Position numbers and translations under genes: made by a program. Positions 10,944 to 22,900 of a stretch of 52,042 nt of DNA are shown piece by piece (position 1 is the first letter of the stretch; each line of letters opens with the position of its first letter). Under the pieces are notes generated by a model. It worked only from the letters and a program-made list of their open reading frames with translations, had not been told where the DNA came from and searched no databases. This DNA is from Macrostomum lignano (Eukaryota). Location: contig NIVC01004276.1 in the NCBI GenBank assembly GCA_002269645.1, positions 1 through 52,042 on the forward strand. The letters are read 5' to 3'.

Positions 10944-11846
10944 CCGCGATTCTTCAACCAGAATTTGAGAGTGAATCGGGGACTCTCAAGCTGGGCTGGG
11001 CAATGGATTCGAACCTAGTTTTACCTGCCTTGCTTTTTCACATCCGTGATGTCTCGTCCAACTGGGGTGGAATTGAAGAGGACTTCGATTTCTCTCCCAT
11101 ACCCAGATAATCCCTAATCCTGCAGCGCTTCTCGCGTCTGGCCTCGAGGGGGAAGCGAAACTCGCTTTTTGGGTGGGTTGAGATGAGGCTGGGCGGGGAG
11201 GCTGGGCCAGAGCCGAGTCGTGAGGAGGCGCGGGGACGAATGAGGTTAACGCGGCGACTCCGGTTTGGGAAAAGCGGGACGGAGGTAAGAGGAGACGAGA
11301 TTGAGCGAGGAAGTGAGACAGAGAAACTGCAGCGGGGAAGAGCGGGAGAGTGTGGAGAGGAAACAAGTATTAGGAAGACGGAGGACCGACCGGCCACCCG
11401 CCTCACTGCTTCATTCCTTGTGACATCCTGCTTCCAGACCAGCGGATCCGGGACGAAGGTGGGTTACTTTTCAGAGCGATTCGGGAGAGTCTGTCTCCTG
11501 CGGGAAAGTGAGCTGGATCTTGGAATAAATATGGCCAGTTAATATACAAGAAATGGCTGCTCCATGCTGGTGCAGCTTTTTGAATTGCATGTAGTTTAAA
11601 AGTTAAAATCTTAGACAAAGCGGAAAAATATATATTTTAAGGCAGTTTATTAGTTTAAACAATGATGCACAACGATGCTTAATAGCGATGCTATAAACAT
11701 TTAATTTGTACTATCAGTAGAGTGCAATGCATTATTCGACAGCTCATTACGAGAATTACTTAACAAGCAAAGTAGGGGTGCATTCAAAGACCAGTTTTGC
11801 TGCATTGAGATTTGAAAAGACGCGCGTTGTCTACAGACAAGCAGCT

Positions 11847-13050
11847 TCAGCAGCAATGTTTCTTGGCGTGCTTGCAGCCACTGGGTGGAAGCTGGACTTT
11901 CGTGCGTTGAGCAACTCGGGACCAGTCAAGCAGTGGGCCATTCCGACCACCGAACTGCTGCTTTTTCGACCGACATCCACTCTCAGCTTCTAACTGGTCG
12001 CTGGAAATTCGCAATTTTATTCTACTGTATTAAGCATAAGTTTCTATACTATGTGGTAGATTAATTTCGCTTCTCACCAGCTACTCGTAAAGCCAGAGTC
12101 AACCGAGTCAACAGCTCCCGACGAAGTTGTTGTTGTTACACTTTTGCGACGCTGTCGACCTTGCGGTGTCTGTTGCTGCTTGGCGTACTGTTGACGATGC
12201 TGCCCGTGAAGGTCCGCGGAGCACAAGCTGGATGAGTGCGCGCCATCGGGAAGAGCTGAGCTGGAGGAGCACCTGCGGAGAAAAATGGGAAGTAGATGTA
12301 AAATTAAAAGTCCCTAGTTCTGTTTCATTGAGAAGTTCGTCAGCTCATCCTCTACTACGATTGCTACGCTCGTATCATTTATATTCAGAAACGGATCTTG
12401 TGGATCTTTTAGCTTTGGTTTTTTGCTTACCTCGCTGATAAATTTTGCGGTTTAACAGAAGGTCGCTGGCTGCGAGCTCGTTTGTCATCTCCACACTTCA
12501 CTGAAGCCTCCTTGTGGATCGTCCGATCGTCACCATTGTGACTGGTAGAAGTTTCAATGGAAAGTCCACGACGTCGAAAATACTGGGCCACCCGACAAGG
12601 CAACTCGGCTTCGGCGTTTGTCGCTCCGGCCGCTGCTGCAGTCTCGGCTGAAGCAAGTCGTCGCCTTTGCTTTGCAACCCGACGGCGGAACCTGGCGTTG
12701 CTCGGGTGCTCCCAAGTGGACTGTCCGCTGCTGCTGTTGAAGTAATAGAGCACCCAGCCTGGCTCCGGGTCCGCCGTTTTACCAACCTCGTCAACTGGTA
12801 AAAGCAGTTGAACAGCCTGCCAGCCTGGAGGCAGAGGGGATGTCAGTCCAGCAAGGGCCAGGCTTCTCAACTCGGGCTCCTGGTCAAGATCGATGCCCAA
12901 CTCGTGTAGAGCATAAAGCCTCAGCTCGGATTCGGTTGGCGGCGTGCAGTTTTCCGATGGAATTTCTTCCAGAAGTATCTGACGAATTCGATGTCTTCGG
13001 CAGCTGATCTCGCCGATCGAAGACTTTTGCTGACTGACATTCTTGTCCAT
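11847..13050 (-). CDS. CEP164-like N-terminal WW-domain protein, about 322 aa, no coiled coil seen
   Basis: Exons 13050-12431, 12272-12078, 12000-11847 (phases 2,2). LEE..SENCTPPTESELRLYALHELGIDLDQEPELRSLALAGLTSPLPPGW...YYFNSSSGQSTWEHP matches the CEP164 WW region pattern. Exons 2-3 rest on splice signals only. Confidence 0.7.
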
Positions 13051-14105
13051 TCGTCTGCTGTCGCGTTTGCGCTCGTTAGATCGTAGCTTTCATTTGCCCC
13101 TGCAATTTGAGTGGGTGGGCTCGAGTATTTATGCAGATTTGGGCTAAAAATAGCTCAGGGTGTGTTGAGGACTTTTTGGTATTTGCCTACTAGTTTTTGA
13201 ATAGCAGAATAGAATCTCTAATAAACGTATCTTAAAATATTTGTGACCCGCATACTCATAACTCTTAACCCTCCTAATAACAAAAGTCTCCGTACCTAAT
13301 ACCTGGATGACGAACCGTCATCGTGCTGAATCTATGGTTAAAGACCGTGATGGAGTTATTATTTCTAGGTAGAGACTGATCCTATGGCTCAACCAGTGAG
13401 TCGAGAACGCACTTCAGCACTGATTCCGGTATTTATTTTGGAATCTCTGATCGCTTTCGAATACGCATCTGCGGCTAACGCGCACAACTTGTCTTTTTGC
13501 TTGTCTTTGAAAGCCTTTGCAGGCAGATAGCAAGCAGTAAAATTATTGTCAACAAGAGTAAAAGTGCACCGCGGCTGTTTAAAATACGAGTATTGCAATT
13601 TGGAGTTTTTATAAGTAGAGGCTAATGTAGCTAGTATTAAATAAGTATACATATTAACAATTTTTTGTCCAGCTGCAGTCTTTCGTCCAGTGGAGACATA
13701 AGCGAGCTCAACTCAGAGCGACAGACTGTCTAGAACGTGTAAGGTCATTCTTCATAAAGCAGCTTGCTGTGTTCTACTCTTTTTTTAGCGAATTGTCAAT
13801 CTACTCAAATCTTGAGCTTTGACAGATGGTGCATTTTGCCAGGTAATTGGGTGGTTGTTTTCGCTTGTTTCACAGCCGCGGGGTTTCACAGAGCCACTCT
13901 TCTTTAAATAAGCAGTGAATAAGTTACTACTAAATATTCAAGTGAGTAGTAAAGTATGAGTAGTCTTTTTGATAGCATAGCAAAAGGGCCCAATTTTGTT
14001 ACTTATCATATTGACAGTGCAGAAGGTGTGCTAAAATTTGTTATCCAAATATACTATTATATATTGCTTATGTATTTAGAATGAATTATGTATTTAGAAT
14101 GAACC

Positions 14106-14352
14106 ATTCGAGTGTACAACTGCAAATTCAGCGCGAAGAAACGCTCTCAGGTAGTCCAAGGAGTGTCTCTACCGAGTTGGCAAGGCCAGTTACAACCCGC
14201 TGACCAACAACTGTGAGCACTTCGTTCTAGGCGTGATCAGCGGGGAGAGTCAGCTACCAGACTCGCTGGTAGTTCAGGTGCCCAGGGGTATCCTTGGCAG
14301 CGCTCTGACTGGGTTCAGCGCTCATCGACGGAGTCGGCATCGAGCTGTCTAG
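14106..14352 (+). pseudogene. LRAT/PLAAT (NlpC/P60 acyltransferase) C-terminal fragment, frameshifted
   Basis: 14161-14352 reads ECLYRVGKASYNPLTNNCEHFVLGVISGESQ...hydrophobic/basic tail*. The upstream IRVYNCKFSAKKRSQVV is in another frame (1-nt shift near 14157), with in-frame stops upstream. Confidence 0.6.
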
Positions 14353-15812
14353 CTAAGCTTTACGACCACAGGTGAGAGTAGTGAAGGATACATCCGCTAA
14401 AGCAAAACATCAAGTCTAAGCCACTTGTATTTTTCAGATTTCTAGGCCAGATTTGTACCGATATGGATCTCATTGAAATTACCGTGTCTGGGGGGGGGGT
14501 TGAACTTAAAGAGTGCCCGACTGGACTTCACCTGCACCAGAGAGTTCGCGGGTTGGAGTCGGTTTTCGATGTAGTTCTTGTTGAAGTGCGCCAGCTGCGG
14601 CAAGAGTCCTGATGTGCAATTCCTGCGGGATGTCACGTCTCCGAAGGAGGAGTTTCGGAGAGCATCTGCGACTGCTCGCACGCAATGAAGGCTCCGGTGT
14701 TACTGCGGCCTCAGAAACTCGCATCGACGGATGACGCGGAGTTGAGCGAGTAGGGAGAAACTTTGAGCAATTCCCGCATTATTAAAAATCGAATTTTAAG
14801 AGAATTTGGACCCATATAAGCCTTACAACAGTAGTTCATGGATTGTTTTTCATTCAATACTTTTCAACACTTGGGCTCTTTTGCTTTAAAATTGTCATTG
14901 AACCGTTTTTAAACTCCAGTTTTGATTTAACTTCGATTTCCATTGTAAAGATTATGAAATTACTGAAATACAAATATGCTGAGAAATGGTCTCTGCAAAT
15001 GCAAGTCCATATTGAGTTATTTTTCCCAGTTGATATACTATGGGGGATCCTGGATGAACTCAACTTTGGAACTTGACCGGGTGAAACCAGTGCATCTTGC
15101 AAAGTCCCGTACAGTAAGGACTCAAGCAGAGGCCCTGAAAGATAAGAAAAGCGTTGACAAATTGCTCTAAAATAGGGAATGTAGCGCGAGGACAAGGGTT
15201 TTCAACTTCTATTGACGACGAGTCTCTTGATCACCTGCTCGCTACCGTCTTTATATAGGATTTTATTTAAGCATTTGATTATTCTAGGGTCCAAACTTAT
15301 GCATTTAACTTGCTCCGTATGGTGGTACACTAAGTATAGGACGCTTTTATTACGAGCGTAGAAATTTACTGTATTTGATTACCGTATATTGTTGTTTATG
15401 ACACAGGGTTGCTTCTAACCATAAAAATATATAGAATATATTTATGAAATAGTTATAATAGCCTACACCTCATCTCATTCAGTGAATAGCAGTAAATGAA
15501 GGGATATTTTCACGCGATGCCCACAGCATCCGATGAAGCAGATCGACAGCTTCAGTTGCATTCATAAAAATCTCGTTTCGGATTGAACCCGAAACAGCTA
15601 CGATGCCAACAGCCTCCAGACTATCGCTTGATGCAGTTACAAGTATGTGTACAGCTGTCCTGATCATTCCACAGCTTCATACGGCAGAATTCTCAGCTTC
15701 CAGTTTCCACAGACGATGTCAGCTAGTCAACTTTGTCTTTTAAAATTAAAACCGAATAATTAAGAATACTGAATTCCTGAATAGAAGTCAATTGCTAATA
15801 CGTCTGTGAGTG

Positions 15813-15892
15813 ATGAGCAGATATTGTAACTCCACGTGCGAGATATGAGCAGATATTGTAGTTTAATCTGCGAGATATGAGCAGATATTGTA
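15813..15892 (+). repeat. Short tandem repeat, about 32 bp x3 (core gagcagatattgta)
   Basis: Three copies of tgagcagatattgta separated by ...gcgagata. Confidence 0.7.
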
Positions 15893-16901
15893 CGCGGTCG
15901 GTACAAATTAATTTCACCGACTTCCGTCAGGTCACGGCCCCCCCAACTACTCAGCAAAGTTGCTGTCGACAGCGACCTTCCAGTCTCGCAGTTGGAGATG
16001 CTGCTGCCACAGCTTGCTGAGCGCTTGCTGAGCAAATATAGGACCCCGTCAAGTGCATCGAATCAAAGAAACGAACACAAAAACAAGAATTAAATTTGAT
16101 TTTTTCGAGCTTTTAACGCACAACAGTAAAAACTTTGAAACACAATGAGAAAGTTTATATCGAATGTATTTTACGTCTCGCGAAAGTAGGTAAAAATTAG
16201 GGGGAACAAAGAAGGTCAGAGCTCGCATTGACACAGCTGGAAACAGGTCTTGTAAGACAGGCGACTAACAGGCTAAAAGTTATGTAACAACAAGTATAGC
16301 GCACAAGGAACATTGCTATATAGCATTTTGCAGCCTATTTGGGCTTAAGACAGAAGCATTTAACTTGGTCCATAGCGGCTGTGAAAGCCAACTCGTGAGT
16401 GATAGCTGTGTGATGCAATATATTTGAGCAGATTTCACTGTACTGATAAGGTGACGTCAATAAAATGCCATCTACTCAACTGTAACAAAAATTCAAAAAG
16501 AGAATTTTAGTGACCAAATCAAATACCAGCCAATTGCTACCATAGACAAAAGCTCCTTGACTTTAGCAAACATACGGGCACTATCATACCTGCCGAAATT
16601 TTGTCTGTGGTCGAAAGTCCACACGTGTCTGCATCAGCTTTGACTCCGCTTGTCACTGGCCTTCACCCAGGCGGAGCTTCTGGACCTTCAACAGGTAGCA
16701 ACAGATTGCCTCAAGTTCTACTGTTAATTTCAATGCGTTTAAAGCCCAAATAGGCTGCAAAAAGCTATTATTATGAAAACTAATCAAAAAGTCAAAACAA
16801 GAGAAAAAGAGAAAAGCAACAAAGAAGAAATCAGATTTGCACATAGACAGTTGGTTAAGCATCGAGAAGAGCCGCCTTAACTTACTCAGCCAGGTTAAAT
16901 C

Positions 16902-19900
16902 TTATTTATCTTTGGCCGGCTCCTCACTCTCGGTCGAAGTCTCCTCAGCAGCAGCAGCGGCGGCTGCGGGGGCGGCCGGACGCGGCCAGGCGCGGGCGAA
17001 CAGCTGGCACCAGGCCAGCAGCCAGCAGGGCAGCAGCATCAGACAGTTCAGCCGGTAGGTGAAGCTGCCCAACAGCTGGCCTTCAACGTAGCCCTGCAGA
17101 GCGCCGTACTCGGCGCAGGTCCACGCCGACACTAAGCTTCTGGCTCCGCCGGCGGCATAGCAACCGCCTAGCAACAGGCCGATTGGCGAAGCAGCCGCCA
17201 AGGCGACGGCGCCGATGCCGAACCGAAGGACTGCCGGCAGTCTGTCGGGCCCGGCAGCCAGCAGGCAGACGGGTGCCAGGGGCAGGGCGGAGAGGAAGGC
17301 CAGGCCGAAGTTCACCAGCGACACCGCGCCAAGGCTGAGGCCCAGCGACAGGCAGGCAGCGAGGCGGAGCGCGCCAGGGTGGCAGGCGACGATCATGTTG
17401 GGGAACATCAGCGGAAAGGCGGCGGCCATCGCCTGCGGGAGGGCAGAGGTCAGCGGACTGAACTGCCTAATTGATCTACCGAACTGCCTAATTGATCTAC
17501 CGAACTGCCTAATTGATCTACCGAACTGCCTAATTGATGTACCGAACTGCCTAATTGATGTACCGAACTGCCTAATTAATGTACCGAACTGCCTAATTGA
17601 TGTACCGAACTGCCTAATTGATGTACCGAACTGCCTAATTGATGTACCGAACTGCCTAATTGGTAAACCAAACGGACTAATTGATGTACCGAACTGCCTA
17701 ATTAATGTACCGAACTGCCTAATTGATGTACCGAACTGCCTAATTGATGTACCGAACTGCCTAATTGATGTACCGAACTGCCTAATTGATCTATTGAACT
17801 GCCTAATTGATGTACCGAACTGCCTAATTAATGTACCGATTTGCCTAATTGATCTATTGAACTGCCTAATTGATTTACCGAACTGCCTAATTGGTACACC
17901 AAACGGACTAATTGATGTACCGAACTGCCTAATTGATCTACCGAACTGCCTAATTGGTACACCAAACGGACTAATTGATGTACCGAACTGCCTAATTGAT
18001 TTACCGAACTGCCTAATTGGTACACCAAACGGACTAATTGATGTACCGAACTGCCTAATTGATCTACCGAACTGCCTAATTGGTACACCAAACGGACTAA
18101 TTGATGTACCGAACTGCCTAATTGATCTACCGAACTGCCTAATTGATCTACCGAACTGCCTAATTGATCTACCGAACTGCCTAATTGGTACACCAAACGG
18201 ACTAATTGATGTACCGAACTGCCTAATTGATCTACCTAACTACCAGAAATATTACAGTGCAGTTATTTACCCTCAATAAGTACCCCACACCTTATAAATT
18301 CCCTGCAATTTAGAAACTCCTTAGATTATATAAATTCCCCACACCCCATAAATTGCCCACGCCCTATAGATTCCCGACATCCTATAAATTCCCCACATCC
18401 CATAAATTCCCCACATCCCAAAAATTCCCCACATACCATAAATTCCCCACATCCCAAAATTCCCCACATCCCATTAATTCCCCACATCCCATAAATTCCC
18501 CACATCCCATAAATTCCCCACATCCCATAAATTCCTCACATCCCATAAATAAATTCCCCACAGCCCATAAATTCCCCACACCCCACCTGCACAGCCAGCA
18601 GGCCGATCAGCATGCCGGCGCCCGGGTCGATGCGGAAGGCGGCGGCGGTCCTGATGAAGTAGGCCGGTGCCACCAACGCCAGCAGGCCGAAGCAGCCGGC
18701 CATGACGCACAGCCGGGCCACCGGGCCGACCACGCCGCCGCCGGCGCTTTTCGGCTTTGTCGACGCGTCGCCATCGCCGAAACCGACAACCAAAGAGTCG
18801 ATAGCGGCGAGGGCGAGGGCGAGCAGTACGACACCGAGTGGCGGGGTGTAGTCGCCGATGCTCACGTACCGATCGATCGCCGGCAGGGCGTAGAAGAAAA
18901 AGGACTGGTGGAACCGCTCCTGCAGGTTGTTCAACGAGCGCCAGATCGCCTCCACGACGGCGCCGGCCGTCCGGGTGGCCGAGGAGGAGGAGGAGGCGGC
19001 GCGACCTTCGCCGCTCAGCCCGACGGCGGGAATGTCGAACGGCAGGAACAGGCCGTGGAGGGAGGCGGGGCTGCCGCTGGCCTGTGGGGTGGCGGTTCAA
19101 AGAGTAGCGAACATGACTCACTGAATCTACTCATGACTCACTGAATCTACTCATGACTCACTGAATCTACTCATGACTCACTGAATCTACTAATGACTCA
19201 CTGAATCTACTTATGACTCACTTAATCTACTCATGACTCACTGAATCTACTCATGACTCACTGAATCTATCTATGACTCACTAAATCTAGCTATGACTCA
19301 CTGAATCTACCCATGTCTCACTGAATCTACCCATGACTCACTGAATCTACCCATGACTCACTGAATGTCTCACTGAATTTACCCATGACTCACTGAATCT
19401 ATCCATGACGCACTGAATGTCTCACTGAATTTACCCATGACTCACTGAATCTATCCATGACGCACTGAATCTATCTATGACTCACTAAATCTAGCTATGA
19501 CTCACTGAATCTACCCATGTCTCACTGAATCTACTCGTGACTCACTGAATTTACTCATGACTCACTGAATCTACTCATGACTCACTGAATCTACTTATGA
19601 CTCACTTAATCTACTCATGACTCACTTAATCTACTCATGACTCACTGAATCTATCTATGACTCACTAAATCTAGCTATGACTCACTGAATCTACCCATGT
19701 CTCACTGAATCTACCCATGACTCACTGAATGTCTCACTGAATTTACCCATGGCTCACTGAATCTATCCATGACGCACTGAATCTATCTATGACTCACTAA
19801 ATCTAGCTATGACTCACTGAATCTACCCATGTCTCACTGAATCTACCCATGACTCACTGAATCTACTCATGACTCACTGAATCTACTCATGACTCACTGA

Positions 19901-22900
19901 ATCTACTCATGACTCACTGAATCTACTCATGACTCACTGAATCTACTAATGACTCACTGAATCTACTTATGACTCACTTAATCTACTCATGACTCACTGA
20001 ATCTACTCATGACTCACTGAATCTATCTATGACTCACTAAATCTAGCTATGACTCACTGAATCTACCCATGTCTTACTGAATCTACCCATGACTCACTGA
20101 ATCTACCCATGACTCACTGAATGTCTCACTGAATTTACCCATGACTCACTGAATCTATCCATGACGCACTGAATCTATCTATGACTCACTAAATCTAGCT
20201 ATGACTCACTGAATCTACCCATGTCTCACTGAATCTACTCATGACTCACTGAATCTACTCATGACTCACTGAATCTACTCATGACTCACTGAATCTACTT
20301 ATGACTCACTTAATCTACTCATGACTCACTGAATCTACTCATGACTGACTGAATCTATGACTCACTAAATCTAGCTATGACTCACTGAATCTACCTATGT
20401 CTCACTGAATCTACCCATGACTCACTGAATCTACCCATGGCTCACTGAATGTCTCACTGAATTTACCCATGGCTCACTGAATCTATCCATGACGCACTGA
20501 ATCTATCTATGACTCACTAAATCTAGCTATGACTCACTGAATCTACCCATGTCTCACTGAATCTACCCATGACTCACTGAATCTACTCATGACTCACTGA
20601 ATCTACTCATGACTCACTGAATCTACTTATGACTCACTGAATCTACTCATGACTCACTGAATCTACTCATGACTCACTGAATCTACTCATGACTCACTGA
20701 ATCTACTTATGACTCACTTAATCTACTCATGACTCACTGAATCTACTCATGATTCACTGAATCTATCTATGACTCACTAAATCTAGCTATGACTCACTGA
20801 ATCTACCCATGTCTCACTGAATCTACCCATGACTCACTGAATCTACCCATGACTCACTGAATCTACCCATGACTCACTGAATGTCTCACTGAATTTACCC
20901 ATGACTCACTGAATCTATCCATGTCTCACTGAATCTACCCATGACTCACTGAATCTACCCATGACTCACTGAATCTACCTATGACGCACTGAATCTATCT
21001 ATGACTCGCTGAATCTACTCATGACTCACTGAATCTACTCATGACTCACTGAATCTAGCCATGACTCACTAAATCTAGCCATGACTCACTGATTCTAGCC
21101 ATGACTCATTAAACCAAGCCATGACTCACTAAAATACGAATACTGAACCCCATTGAACCAAAAAGAACAAGAATATGTCAATTGCAAAAAAACTACCTGA
21201 CCAAATACCTTGACCCACAACTGACCCAAAACGAACACCCTTGACTCAAATGACTTAAAAGACTCAATAAAATGACCGAATCAATCCCAGAGCGGCATGG
21301 CGAGTCAGCTGATCTCACCTGGTACAGCAGAGAGCGCAGCAGCAGCGCGGGCTGCCTGTCGGAGCCGTGAAGTTCCAGGCGCACCCCATGCTTGCCAGCG
21401 ATGCGCACCACAGTGTTGACCAGGTCCAGGTTCGGCAGCACGCCGTTCACGCCTTCCACATGCAGCCTGGCCCGCTGCCAGCCGGACACGCCAGCAAATT
21501 CCAGAGCCACAGCGGCCTGGATGCTGCCTGAGCGATGGGGCGGATCGGACACCGAGATGCTGGGCTTCAGCAGGCTGGATTCGCCATGGTGGGCGTACAG
21601 CCAGGCCTGCAGGCCGACCGTCTCCATCTCGGTGAACAGGAAGATGGTGTCCTTGGCCCAGTGCGTCTGGCCTGTCCGGGTGCAGGGGGCGGGTAAGTGT
21701 AGAGCTGAGCAGTTGCTATTCCATAATAGTATCACCTAGATACCGGTCATGCTTGGGCGCAACCTTGGGATTCTCTCGGCCGTTTCTATTGGCAACACAC
21801 ACATGTAAGTCGCTATTGGACGGAATAGTAGTCACGTGACCGCTCTCAGCCAATAGCGACTTACATGTGTGTGTTGCCAATAGAAACGGCCGGGTGATTC
21901 CCAAAGTTGCGCATGTATGATACCGGTGATGACTATAAGATACCGGTGATGGACTATAAGATACCGGTGATGGACTATAAGATACCGGTGATGGACTATA
22001 AGATACCGGTGATGGAGTAAAGATACCGGTGATGGACTAAATATACCGGTGATGACTATAAGATACCGGTGATGGACTATAGGATAACGGTGATGGACTA
22101 TAAGATACCGGTGATGACTATAAGATACCGGTGATGACTATAAGATACCGGTGATGGACTATAAGATAACGGTGATGGACTATAAGATACCGGTGATGAC
22201 TATAAGATACCGGTGATGACTATAAGATACCGGTGATGGACTATAAGATAACGGTGATGGACTATAAGATACCGGTGATGACTATAAGATACCGGTGATG
22301 GACTATAAGATAACGGTGATGGACTATAAGATACCGGTGATGGACTATAAGATACCGGTGATGGACTGTAAAATACCGGTGATGGACTAGAGATACCGGT
22401 GATGACTATAAGATACCGGTGATGGACTAAATATACCGGTGATGAATATAAGATACCGGTGATGGACTATAAGATACCGGTGATGGACTGTAAAATACCG
22501 GTGATGGACTAGAGATACCGGTGATGGACTATAAGATACCGTTACTGGACGATCAGATATCGGTACTGGGCAGTGAGATACCGGTTCCAGAACAATACAA
22601 TACCCTTACTGGGGCTATCAGACCCCCCCCAAGGGTCAGAGTGTACATGACTGACGATGTGAAAAGTCAGGACCGCTGTACACCCTGTGTGAGCGGGTGC
22701 ATCAGTGCGTGCCTGCGTACAGCATTGGCGCGCTTGTATGCAGCTCAGCCGCAGCTATTGCGCGGCGCATCTGAAGGCTGCGTACGGCTGCTCAGTCCAT
22801 GGACTAAGGGGGGGGGGTCGCCGCACACACCCTCAATTATCCCAGCTAATGCTGGCACCCAATTTACAGCTGTGTGATCTGAAGCAATACTCACACAAAT

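Noticed and set aside
8392-11542. Many overlapping GC-rich ORFs
   Set aside because: Shadow frames of RNF217 exons or its purine-rich 5' region.
13389-16060. Coding-looking short frames (13389-13652 -, 14442-14681 -, 15479-15667 -, 15930-16090 +)
   Set aside because: No family motif recognised and no consistent exon chain; tBLASTx would be needed.
17215-18279. 354-aa Cys-periodic ORF (CLIDVPN)n
   Set aside because: Antisense to a GPAA1 exon and then the 21-bp intronic satellite.
19113-22540. CRISPR-like appearance of regular repeats
   Set aside because: Head-to-tail units with no unique spacers, no cas genes, eukaryotic intronic context.
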